A stretch of 64,000 bases of DNA from Eledone cirrhosa (taxonomy: Eukaryota). Every line of letters begins with the position of its first letter. The stretch's first letter is position 1. Shown one piece after another: positions 41,155 to 54,741 of the stretch. The DNA is taken from the NCBI GenBank assembly GCA_964016885.1, contig OZ024763.1, positions 10,354,001-10,418,000 of the forward strand, read 5' to 3'. The position numbers and the translations under genes are program-made. The notes beneath the pieces were generated by a model. The model saw nothing but the letters and a program-made list of their open reading frames with translations, did no database searches and had not been told where the DNA came from.

Positions 41155-44126
41155 CACAGTGTGCATGTGTGTATATATATATACACGCACATACATATAT
41201 ACACATACATGTACACACACACATATATATATATATACACACATAAATATAAACACATATATATAGAGAGAGAGACAGATACACACACACACATATCTCA
41301 ATATATATACAAAAATATATATGGATGTATATATATATATATATTATACACATACATATACATGTCAATATATATATATATATATATGCATATATACATA
41401 CATATACATGTCAACACACACATATATATATATATACATATATACATACATATACATGTCGACACACATATATATATATATTTATAAATACATATATATA
41501 TGTCTATATATATATTTACATAAACTCCCAGACATACATATACCTATACATATATATACACATACACATATATATCTGGTGCCGTGCGCCTTACTTGCAG
41601 TTCCTTAGGGTCACCATCTTTCCTGAAGGCTGTTAGCAAAGTTTTCAGGTTGGCCTGTGGTGGCTTCGATTTCAATGTAGGAGATGATGGTAAAAGAAGT
41701 GTCTTCATTTTGTTGCTGGCCTGCACGAGAGGGATAGTCCACGATATATATATGTGTATGTATATGGATGTATCTACATATGTATGTATGTATGTATGTA
41801 TATATATATATATATATATATGCAGAAATACAGAAAAAGAGGGGAAAAAATAAGTAGTATATATATATATATATTGTTATACTTTGGGAGGGTCATGTTG
41901 CCAATAAGAAACACATGCACCAGTTGCTTTTTTTTTTTTTATAAATTTCCGGTTGGTTGGTTGACTGGTTCCACAACCAGACGGTTGTTCATATATTGTC
42001 AAAGTTCTTTCGTCACACATTCTGTGACCTCTTCAGTGACTGGGGATTCTTTTCTTTGTTTTGTGCCTCTCCTTTGTTCTGTCCTACGCCATCTTGAAAA
42101 AACAAGATGGCGTTGGACAGAACAAAGGAGAGGCACAAAACAAAGAAAAGAATCCCCAGTCACTGAAGAGGTCACAGAATGTGTGACGAAAGAACTTTGA
42201 CAATATATGAACAACCGTCCGGTTGTGGAACCAACCAACCAACCAGAAATTTATAAATTTAAAAAAAAAAAAAAAATTTTTTATTTTTTTTATTTATAAT
42301 AAATTGGAGTGAAAGCAACTGGTGCATGTGTTTCTTATTGCCAACATGACCCTCCCAAACTATAACAATATCGGTTCAACACAAGTTTTCAGATAAAGAA
42401 TCTTGGTAAACAAATTCAGAAACAAAATATATATATATATATATATATATATCATAATCATCATTGTATATATATATACACAGATAAATATATATATATA
42501 TATTTATAATTATATATATATATATATATATATATTTATTATTATAAAAAAACACACACAGTCCACACTGTAATGTGGCTGTGTAGGTAACACGGTAGAA
42601 AGTTCCCAGTTACACACTGTAAACGTGGTTAGTGTTAGGAAGGGCATCCAGCCGTAGAAAACCTGCCCAACCTTGCCTCAAGTGGGACAACTCCCGTCTA
42701 ACCCATGCTAGCGTGGAAAATGGACGTTAAACAAAGATGATGATGATGATGATATATATATATGAAAGGAATATGTTTGAAACACAGTAAGCAAAGTTTT
42801 AGAATTGAAATGGAAATGTCGCCATAACATTGACTACATAATACAGTTTAATGATCAGGAATATAAACCCACTGAACAGAAAAACACGGATATTAGCTTT
42901 CTGTTCTGTGTGTTTATATACCTCATTATTGGACTATATTATGCAGTCAATGTTAGAGTGACACATCTATTTCTATTTCAATTCTACACACACACATACA
43001 CACACATATACATATATATATAGTAATTGTTTCTACTTTAGGCACAAGGCCAGCAACTACCCAGTGCCTCACTGGTACTTTATTTTATCGACCCCGTAAG
43101 GATGAAAAGCAAAGTCAACCTCGGCGGGATTTGAACTCAGATCGTAAAGGGACGTAACTATGGTAGAAAGCATGGCGTCCGACCCTCTACCGATACTACC
43201 AATCCACCGCCCTACATATATATATAGTAATAATAATAAATTTGAAGACTAAAATCCAAAGAGGGCTCGATAAGGATAAATATATATCAAATATATAAGA
43301 ACCGTAGAGCAAATAGAGTTTCAGAAGATCCCGTTAAGGGTGAAAGCAGCGATTCTTTGCTTAAACTTTAATCTGTTATTTTAATAAATATATATATATA
43401 TATTTTTTTTTTCATTTTCATTTCATTTTACGTCCACTTTTTCCCAGCTTGCAAGGGTGGGACAGGAACTGATTCTGGCTTGATTTCTACAGCTGGATGC
43501 CCTTCCTAACACCAACCTCATTTACAGTGAGTGCTGGGTGCTTTTTTGCCATGGCACCTCCACGACCACTTTGCAGTGGAATGATATGGATCCCAGCCCC
43601 TATCATCTCATTTCTACAGCTGAGTAAACTCAGTAAACTAAAGTAAACTAAATTTATATATATATATATATATATATATAAATATAAATTAGCGAGAATG
43701 GTATTTCGGCTTTGGAATTAGCGAAAAACAACTTCCGAGATGTGTGGCAAGCGCTCAATAATTCTGACGAACCAGTGCTACAACATACGTTAAAGGCCAA
43801 ACACACTGAGACGATGGTTAAACTGTCATCCGCACACCCATAGAAACGACCAAGTAATTCGGGTCAAACAAATAAAAAAATATGTGATTGAAAAAATTTA
43901 CCTGTAGATATATATATATATAGTTTCCAAAGAAGACAGTCTGATCGAAGCTATATATAAAGTCTGATCGAAGCTATATATAAAGTCTGATAGTATACAG
44001 TTATATAACTGGTATAGATCAGACAATATGTCAATATGATTGACCCTCTGAAACGATCGTAAAACAATGATATGAATAGGTAAAATAACTTGACTTTGTT
44101 GTTATTTTCATTGGTAATGTAATACC

Positions 44127-44177
<51 letters not shown>

Positions 44178-47100
44178 TCATCATTTTATGTCCACTTTTC
44201 CCAACTTGCAAGGGTGGGACGGGAACTGATTCTGGCTTGATTTCTACAGCTGGATGCCCTTCCTAACACCAACCTCATTTACAGTGAGCGCTGGGTTCTT
44301 TTTTGCCGTGGTACCTCCACGGCCACTTTGCAGTGGAATGATAGGGACCCCAGTCCTATCATCTCATTTCTACAGCTGAGTAACATGTGCCTCCATGTAT
44401 ATATATATACATTTATATATATATATAAATATATATATATAAATATAAAAACATATATAAATATAAATACACACACACATATATCATCATCATCATCATC
44501 ATCGTTTAACGTCCATCTTCCATGCTAGCATGGATTAGACGGGATTACCCCACTTGAAGCAAGAATGGTCGGGTGACCGTGTCTCGCTCATATAGAACTG
44601 TCCCTGGCAGGTTTTCTATGGCTAGATGCCCTTCCTAACACCAACCACATTTACCGCATGGACTGGGAGCCTTTTTACTGTGTCTCCTACCTGACCACTC
44701 TACAGTGTGGACTGTGTGCTTTTGTTATGACACCTACACAACCTCTTTATTTTGGACTGGATATTGTGGTACCAACTTTACAGAGAAAGGGTGGTGTTGG
44801 TGGGAGTGGGAGGATGGAGTAGGGGTAGTGGATTAGGGTGTATTTTTGGTTAAGAGGCGTCTACTGACTGTAGGTTTCGCTTTGTACATAGGCAAGGCGG
44901 GTCTTCTGTATTACTGCGTAGCGCCAAAGGTCTCGGTCCAGTGACATTGTCTTAGAGAGGTGTAAGTATGCAAGGTCAGATTTTATCAAATCGTCCCAGG
45001 TTTTTCTGGGTCTACCTACTCCGTAACTACCATCAATTTTGATCGCCCTGCACATTTTTTATACAGCTGTTATTCCTAATTTCTCACTTAGTTCATTTAT
45101 GTTTTGCTGTTCACGTATATTACTATTACACATCCAACGGAGCATGCATGCTTCATTCTTTTCCAGTCTGCGCAGGTCCTCTGCACACAATGCCCATGTC
45201 TCACTGCCATGTAGCATTGCTGTTCATATACAGGCATCATACAATCTGCCTTTCATTTTTAGAGAGAAACCTTTTGTGGCCAACAGCGGTATAAGCTCTC
45301 TGAACTTTTTCCATCCCGTTCTGACTCTGGCTACTGTACTTTCAGAACACCCTCCACCACTGCTGATTTTGTCACCCAGGTAACGGAAGGTGTTCACTAT
45401 TTCTATAGAACCATCTGGGCAGTTGAAGGTGCTGGTATCCTGTGGGCACTTGCTGCTACTTATTGTACCTGATATATATAAAATCTACATTCTTAGATAG
45501 TTTACCTGTGATCCCACTACATCATTTATGTACCCATAGTTTGCATTTGGGGCATAGAATGGAATTTCTACCTACTCCTTTCCTACACACTGAGCATGGC
45601 CATTTCCCTGAGGGCACCTGTGCCCTATTTTCCTTTCTACATACTATAACTTTAGTCTTAGACAAATTAACTTTAAGGCCTTTAGATTCTAGGCCATGCT
45701 TCCATGTTTGGAATTTCTTTTCTAGTTCAGCCATAGATTCAGCTATGAGAGTTAGATCGTCTGCGTATAGGAGTTCCCATGGGCAGCAGGTCTTAAACTC
45801 TTCTGTAATAGCCTGTAGGGCAATAATAAACAGGAGGGGGCTAACGACAGAGCCTTGATGAACACCTACTTTAACGCTAAATTCTTCACTATATTCATTG
45901 TTAGTTCTAACCTTGCTGACTGTTCCTCTATACATGGCTTGTATATATATATATATATATGTATATCATCACCACCGTTTAACATCCATTTCTCCACGCT
46001 AGCATGGGTTAGATGAGTTGTCCTGTTGTGAGAAATGCCATGTCAGGTGATGGTTTTGCACATACAGAGTTAATTTTGGGTTGGTTTCTACAGCAGGATG
46101 CCCTTCCTTACACCAACTACATTTACAGTGAGTACTGGGTGCATTTTGTTGTGATACCAACACGACCTCTTTACAGTGTGGGCTGAAGGCTTCACTAGAT
46201 GTATACGTCAGCCTGTCCTCATTGTAGATGTATGGAAGAGTGTGGTGGAGGAGTGCATACTGTATATATGTTTCAGTTTCAGCATGTGCCCATGGGAAGG
46301 TGGGTCTTCTATATTACTGCATAACGCCAGAGATATCGGTCCTGTGTCATCATCTTTCAGAGGAGCAATTGAGCAAGGTCAGCTTTTATCACCTCATCCC
46401 AAGTGTTCCTGAGTTTCCCCATTCTTAGGCTTTCATCGACTTTGAGCACTCTGCACCTTTTTCTGCAGCTGCTATACTTCATACGCATCACATCTCCTCT
46501 CCTGCACACTGTATCTGATTCCTCTTATGCCTAGTTTCTCTCACTTCGTTTATGCTTTGCTGTTCACATATATTACTATTACACATCCATCAGAGCATGC
46601 AAGCTTCATTTCTTTCCAATCTTCACAAGTCTTCTACACACAGCACCCACGTCTCACTATCATGCAACATTGCTGTTTGTATGCATGCATCATACACTTT
46701 GCCTTTCATTTTGAAGGAATAGCCTTTGTAGCTAGAGAAATAGATATAAGCCTTTCCTCACTTAAAAAAGCTTCAAACACACAGACATCACTTGATATGT
46801 GACATTTTTTTGTGATGTATGGCATTGCTGGCCATAGGCAAGTCCATAGCAGGACTGAAAAGCCATGTCCGTGATGCTCATGCTTAAGTATCAAGTGATG
46901 GCATTACTTGAAATCGAGTTGCAGCCATCATATATATCTATATCTATATACCATATAAAAAGCAAGTTTGTTTGTTTGTGGACTGGGAATTACACAAACC
47001 CCTGAATACATTAGTAATAAAGTATTGACTGACACTTCTCTCTCAAGATCTACATCATTGTGTCTTTCCTTCTCACAGTATATCTTTTAATTTTAATAGA

Positions 47101-50100
47101 TTTTTTTCAATATTTTTTACATTTTTCCCCAATAACATTAATAAAAATGTAAACGAGCTTACTCATATATTTTTTAAGATTAATTACAGAATTATGGGAT
47201 TTGCTAATAACTGTTATATACACATATTGAGTCATACATTTGTGTATACACATATTTATACATGTGTGAATACATATATATTTATACATGTGTATATACA
47301 TGAATATATTTAAATTCGTAAATTCTCAGGGAGATTCACTATGTGTACCCTTAAATATAATTCTCAGGGTGATTCAGCATATGTATCCTTAAATGTAATT
47401 CTCAGGGAGATTCAGCATGTGTATGCTTAAATGTAATTCTCAGGGAGATTCAGTAAGACACGGTAATTGACAGGGCTGAATATTTCACACACAGACATGA
47501 CCAAAAGAGGACATGAATGAACACCAACACATTGACACACCTGTCACACCACACAACATATGCCCCATTAAATACGTGGTGGTACCTAGAAGAAAAGGGG
47601 GTAATAGGAAGAGCACAGGGACCCAGTAAAGGAAAAGAGACTATAACATATGGGGGTCTATATACTCTAAATTAGTAGGAAAGGGACATATATATCCATG
47701 GTTAATGACATTCTTACATATATCAAGAGAATGTAGAGCGTTTATCTACATATATAGTTGTTATCTACATGTGTGTATACTATATATACACACATACATG
47801 TATATACATACATAGTTATTATCTACATCATCATCATGTTACGTCCGCTTTTCCCTGCTTGCAAGAGTGGGACGGGTCCTATTCAGCACAGCATCTCTCC
47901 ATTCGTCACAGTCCTTAGTCATCTCCTTGTGAACTTCAGCGATCTGAGGTCAGTCTCACCACCTCCGCCCATGTTTTTTGTGGTCTTTTACTGTGTCTTC
48001 CTTCCACTGGGATTTCTTGGCACTTCTTTACCCAGCGGCCATCCTCCATGTGCATCACATGTCCATACCAACGCAATCCTCTCTCCCGCACACTACAGTT
48101 TATCCCTCTTAGACACAGTTTCGCTCTCAATTCGTCTATGCTTGGTCGTTCATGTACATTGACATTACACATCCATATATTATCTATATACATACATAGT
48201 TATATTTACATGCATGTGTATAATATATAAACACACATACATGTGTATATTATCTATATAATATTTGCAAATGTCTGTGTATTTGTATGTCTGTTCCACA
48301 AAGCATAATAGTAATTGTTTTCAGAAACACTTCCCACCCTCTTTTTCTTCCTATTTTCTTTTTTCTCCCTCCCTTTGCTCTCTTTCTCTCCCTCCTCTCT
48401 CTCTCTTGAAAAATGACGCTTATTAATTCCAAAACAAATGTATGTGAATCTTCATAAAAGTTCATATTTTTCATGAATGATCGTTTGTGTTCCAAAAGAG
48501 TCTAAAACCCTCTTAAAAGATATAAAAACAATATTGTATGAACAAAGTATCAGTTGAACTTCAGCCAGATTGCGTTAGCTTTTATAAAGTCATTTTACAT
48601 CAGTCATAGAAAGTCAAGCAAAGTGAGGTGATACTAACTGCATCACTAACACACTTTACCACAAAATGACATGGAGCTATTTGGTGTTGTCAAAGTGCAG
48701 TGATATTAATAAGCACAATAACACACTAAGCTCCAATGATGCTAGCCTTCCAATGACAACTTAAATGGGGTAAGCTTCGTCATTGATTTATATCTCCCTG
48801 GTGAAGATATTCATGTAATTTGGGATCAAAGAAGCAATCAAAGAGATAAAGAATGTCAGGACCATCAGACATAGTTGCTGAGACGCTGAAGGCATTGGGA
48901 GAAGTAGGAGTCAATATAGTAGCTTGCATAGTCTATCAGGAAATACAGGACGGTGTCATACCCAATAACTAGCACAGCAGTACAATCATAAATTGCTACA
49001 AGGGCAAAAATGATGTTCTAGAAAGGAGCAACTACAGAGGAATAAAACTAATGGACCAAGTTATGAAAATGACAGAAAGAGTTATAGCGCAGCTAATTAG
49101 GAGAAGAGTTAAATTAGAAAAGACGCAGTTTGGTTTTATGCCTGGGAAAAGTACTACAGATGCCTTCTTCTTAGTGAAGCAACTGCAAGAGAAATTTCTA
49201 GCCTAGAATAAGCTGCTATATTTAGCTTTTGATGATCTAGAAAAGGCCTTTGACAGAGTGCCTTGCTCTTGTGGTCCTTAAGGAAATTAGGTGTAGAAGA
49301 ATGGCTTGTGAGAGCAGTGCTAGCCATGTAGAGAGGAGCTGTCAGAAAAGTGAGAGTAGGAAGTGAGATTAGTGAGGAATTCAAGGTACAGGTAGGAGTT
49401 CATCAAGGTTTGGTTCTTAGCCTACTGCCGTTCATCATAGTTCTCCAGGCCATAACAGAGGAGTTTAAAAACTGGCTGTCCATGGGAACTTCTCTCTGCA
49501 GATGATTTGGTCCTTGTAGCAGAATCAATAAAAGAACTCAAAAATATGATCTGTCTATGGAAACGGAATTTGGAATCAAAAAATCTGAGAGTAAACTTGG
49601 CCAAAGCTAAAGTGCTAGTGAGTAGGAAAGATAAGAACCCAATCCCTTTAGGGAAGTGGCCCTGCACAATATGTAGAAAAGGAGTAGGCATAAACTCCAT
49701 ATGGTTTACACAATGTAAATTTTGAGTACACAAGAGATGTAGTGGGAAAACGGGTAGACTAACAGGAAAGGAAGACTTTGTATGTAAAAGATGCTCAGGA
49801 CTAATCAAAGTGAAGAGTGTCAGTGATATAAACCTCTTCAAGTCACAGAAGAGGGGGGGGGGGGGGGTCCATAGAAGTGGTTGATAGCTTCTGCTATCTA
49901 GGTGATATAATTAGCAGTGGAGGAGGTTGCTTCAAGAGCATAGTAGCTAGAATCAGGATAGGATGGAAGAAGTTTAAGGAACTGATACCTATGTTGACAA
50001 CAAAATGTTTCTCTCTATGAACAAATGGTTGGCGCTATGACGCCTGCATGCGAAGTGCCATGATGCATGGTAGGGAAACATAGGAAGTGACCGCAGAAGA

Positions 50101-53100
50101 CATGCATAGACTGGAGAGAAATGAAACAGCCATGCTTCGTTGGATGCGCAACGTAAATGTGAAGAAATGCAGAGCTTGGATGAACTGAGGGAGAAGCTGG
50201 GTTTAAGAAGAATCTGAGGTGGTGTGCTGGAAAGAAGATTGTGTTGGTATGGACATGGGTGAAGAAGTGCCAAGAAATCCTAGTGGAAGGAAGCCACAAT
50301 AGAGGTAGACCAAGAAAGACCTGGGCAGAAGTGGTGAGAGCTGACCTCAAATAGCTGAGGCTAAGAAGAGATGACAAAGAAATGGCAATGAGTGGAAAGA
50401 TGCTGTGCTGAAAAGACCCGTCCAACCCATGCATGGAAAAACAAATGGAAAAATTATGATACCTCTTTTGAGTTCGGCACCAACGTCTTACAGTAAGCCA
50501 CCTGCTCTGCCTCCCGGGCCAAACAATAACTTATCTGTATAGGACCGATGAGGGATCCTTAAGTTGCACAAGTGGCAGCCCATGATCATCTGGTGTAGAC
50601 GAGGATCTAAGAGAGCAGTTAGTCCTGAATAAAATAAAACTGTATGGGACAGACATGGACCCCATTAGCTGTAGTGAAGACAGCCCATCTAGGAGGGCAG
50701 AGAGAATAAAAAATGATTTAGGGGGAAAGGATCCTTGAGTCCAATAAATGCAGCCCATCCATGCTTAATGATAGGAAGGGCATCCAGCCAGAGAAACCCC
50801 TGCCAAAATTATGAAAAGCTCAATACATATGACTCACACTAATTGCATATACAGGACTAACATTTGTCATATTAGTGGTGTGCATGGTAATATGGTGGCT
50901 AAAGTAGCTATGTGAGAGAACCCTTCGACCACCATCAAGTAATTGCACACCATTTTTCATTTCCAAGTACAAAGAAGTCACCATCAAGTAAGACATCTCA
51001 GGGTTGCCACTCTGAAATGTAGATCAGGTGAAGATGTGGAGATGCTAGAGAGGAGAGAAGTGGATGTATGTTGTGTAGAATAGGTGAGATAGAGGAGTGC
51101 CTCAGCAAGACCACAGGCAAACAGTATAGTTACAAGTTCTTCTGGGTAGGAAATGATGGGGTAGGTGGTGCAGGCATTCTACTAGTTGAGAAATAGATAA
51201 TGTAATAAATGTAGTTAGACTGACAGAATTATCAAACTTGGATTAGTTGGAGGCAACAGAATAGGAAAGTCAGCAATAATGACCTCAAACAAGTCCACTA
51301 CACATTCTACCATTAACTTTTGTTTTGTCACATATTTCTCACCTTATGGGTGGGAAGGGTGGGTGGAGAGGGTGGGTTGAGAGGGTGGGTGGAGAGGGTG
51401 GGTGGACAGGGTAGGTGGAGTGGGAAGATGGACAGGGTGGGTGGAGAGGGTGGGTGGAGAGGGTGGGTGGAGAGGATGGGTGGACAGGGTGGGTGGACAG
51501 GGTGGGTGGAGAGGGTGGGTGGAGAGGGTGGGTGGAGAGGGTAGGTGGACAGGATGGGTGGAGAGGGTGGGTGGAGAGGGTGGGTGGAGAGGATAGGTGG
51601 AGAGGGTGGGTGGAGAGGGTGGGTGGAGAGGGTGGGTGGAGAGGGTGGGTGGAGAGGGTGGGTGGAGAGGGTGGGTGGAGAGGGTGGGTGGACAGGCTGG
51701 ATGGAGAGGGTGGGTGGAGAGGGTGGGTGGAGAGGGTGGGTGGAGAGGGTAGGTGGACAGTGAGTAAACAAACATATTCCATGCAGGGACATTACCTTCG
51801 GAGAGGGTCATATTGTTATATTGCCAGAAATATACAATAAAACACTCAATGTTTGGCTTGGAATGGTTTTCACTTCTGTATCTATTACATCCCTATAGTT
51901 AATTTAGCTGGCAATCTATGTTTATCATTGATTGACCAACGGTTAATAATATAGATATAAATATATATATATAGTCTCTCAAAGTTCTTTCATCACACAC
52001 CTGTGTCATCATCAGTGGTACTATTATGTTTCCTCCCATTGTATTGCTGTAATATTTTCTTATTCTATTTTATTTATTTATTTATTGTTGTCTCTGTTTG
52101 TGTGTGTTTGTGTCTGAGTCTGTGTGTTTGTGTCTGAGTCTGTGTGTTCTTGTATTTTATCTTTGGTCATTAGTTGTGTTTATGTATTGTTGTTATTATT
52201 TTACCTGTGTATATTTATTTAAAGATTAAAGTGGTAGAAAAGCCAGGAACTATCATAAAATCCCTGATCTGCAAAACTTACCCCTTTAAGAAAGCCCACT
52301 GTACTAGTAAGAAATGTGTAATATGTAGAATAAATCCTCAAATAAATTGTAAAACTAGAAATGTAGTCTATAGCATAAGATGTACAACATACATAGGAGA
52401 GACAGCCTGGAGCATAGGGGAGAGTAGAGACCAACACTGGGGTGAACTAAAAGGACAAAAAGACAGTTTGGTACTATATGAACATGCCAGACAAAGACAT
52501 GATGGTAATATAGACAACATAGAAATTAAAATAATATCTAAATATAAAAATGACAACAGATAGACAAATTAGGGAAGCAACTGATATAGTCTATTATATA
52601 TATATTTATATCTATATTTTTAACCATTGGTTAATCAATGATAAACACTGATTGCCAGCTAAATTAACTATAGGGATATAGAATATACAGAAGCGAAAAC
52701 CAATCCAAACCAAACATTGAGCGTGTTTTATTATATATTTCTGGCAATATAACAATATGACCCTCCCCAAATATAACAATATTTGTTTCAACACATGATT
52801 TCATATCTAAAACACTTGCAAAACAAATTCATCACCGACATTACCTTCCTCATACTGTCTTCTAAACTTTCTGCTTCAACCGATGCATTTGTACTGGAAA
52901 CACTTCCACTGACACGTTTCAGGGACTTTGCTACAGAGGCTAGAAAACCTTCCCTGGAAATAACAAGAGGAAACAATAACTCAGACATTAAAAATATAAA
53001 TCAAACAAACAAAACATTACACATTTGCATTAGTTTTCCTGTATTCTGTTACTGCTTTCAGTCACACCCTGCTGATGCCCTGCTTTGAAGGGCTTTAATC

Positions 53101-54418
53101 ATATTGATCCCACTACTTTTTTTCAAGCTTGATATTGTGTTTACTGATCTTTTGTTAAACTGCTAAGTTAAAGGTTATAAAGACACAGACATACACACAA
53201 ACCCATATATATATATATATATATTATTAAGGGTGGTGGATTGGCAGTATCGGTAGAGGGTAGACGCCATGCTTTGCAGCAAAGAGTTATGACTCTTTGT
53301 GGCCGGAGTTCAAATCCCACCGAGGTTAACTATGCCTTTCATCCTTATGAGGTTGATAAAATAAAGTACCAGTCACACACTGGGGCCGATTTAATCAACT
53401 TTCCCCTCCCCCAAAATTGCTGGCCTTGTGCCTATATAAACTATCATTATTATTATTAGCGCAGTGGATTGGGAGTATCAGTAGAGGGTCAGACATCATG
53501 CCTTGCAGCATAGAGTTACGGCCCTTTATGGTCTGAGTTCAAATCCCGCCGAGGTTGACTTTGCCTTTCATCCTCAGAGGCACCCCAGTTTCGGAGCCTG
53601 GCACTGGATGACACCACAATGAGGAGAGAGGCCAGTTGGCCATGCCAAACCCCTTTCACAGTGGCACCCCAGTTTCGAAGTCAGAGAAGCACCACGCAAC
53701 AAACCCTTTTCAATACAAAACTGCATGTGACACCACTCCGAAGAGAGACAGGTCAGTTGGCCACGTCAAACCCTTCTCTCGGTGGCATCCCAGTTTCGGA
53801 GCTGGACACTCTCCACGTGGTGAACCCTTCTCAATACAAAATCACATTGTGTGAGCCAGGGGCTAGTGTCACCCCAGATTTAGGGCCAGGTGCTCTCCAT
53901 GCAGCAAACCCTTCTCACTTCGATGCCACATTGTGTAAACCTAGGACTGGGGGACACCACTATGAGGAGGGACAAGAGTGGATCCTCAATTCGGGTGTTG
54001 GATGTCGCGAGGGCTGGGCGTTTCCAATATGACTTTGTTTATTATGAATATTATATTCCAGTCAGCAATATTTGGCATGTGGGGGTGTGTAGGTGATGTG
54101 GTTGACATGTGCATATATATGTGTGTATATATATATCTACGCGCGTATATATATATACATATGTACGCATGCACATGTGTGTGAATATATATGTATGTAT
54201 ATGTATAATGATATTGCTTCTTGTCCAGGTGTGTGCATCTGAATGTGAGATTTTGTGTGTATGTGTATGTTTATATATATGTGTGTGCGTGTGCGTGTCT
54301 ACACGATATGTATATGTGTTCACATTTTTATATGTATCTTTATACTGAGTGGAGGTATCCATGCAAGGGTGCTGTGTGTGCGTATATGTATGTGTGTATG
54401 TATGAATGGGTGTATGTA

Positions 54419-54450
<32 letters not shown>

Positions 54451-54486
54451 AATATATATCATCATTTCATCATCATTCATCATATG

Positions 54487-54529
<43 letters not shown>

Positions 54530-54697
54530 GTTTGTGTAGTGTGTGTGTGTGTGATTTTCTGGCCAATATATGTATCTTTCATTCAAAGTATCTATGCATT
54601 GCTTGTCGGAAAAATATCAATTTTTATATATTGTTTTTTTTATATATTGTTATTTTTTATTTTATTTTAAAATAATATCTATGCATGTCTTTTCACA

Positions 54698-54741
<44 letters not shown>

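Larger units (their letters stand above)
41871..42371. mobile_element. Near-perfect foldback (inverted repeat), Penelope pLTR-derived non-autonomous element
   Basis: Arms 41871-42096 and 42103-42371 around an A6 loop; shares the hammerhead and terminal gaccctcc..aaa.tataacaatat with the GIY-YIG remnant at 51.8-52.8 kb. Confidence 0.8.

Noticed and set aside
43760-44070. Partial hammerhead pieces (CUGACGA...UAAACUGUC; GAAACGAUCGUA)
   Set aside because: Could not assemble a complete core with stems; at most highly decayed.
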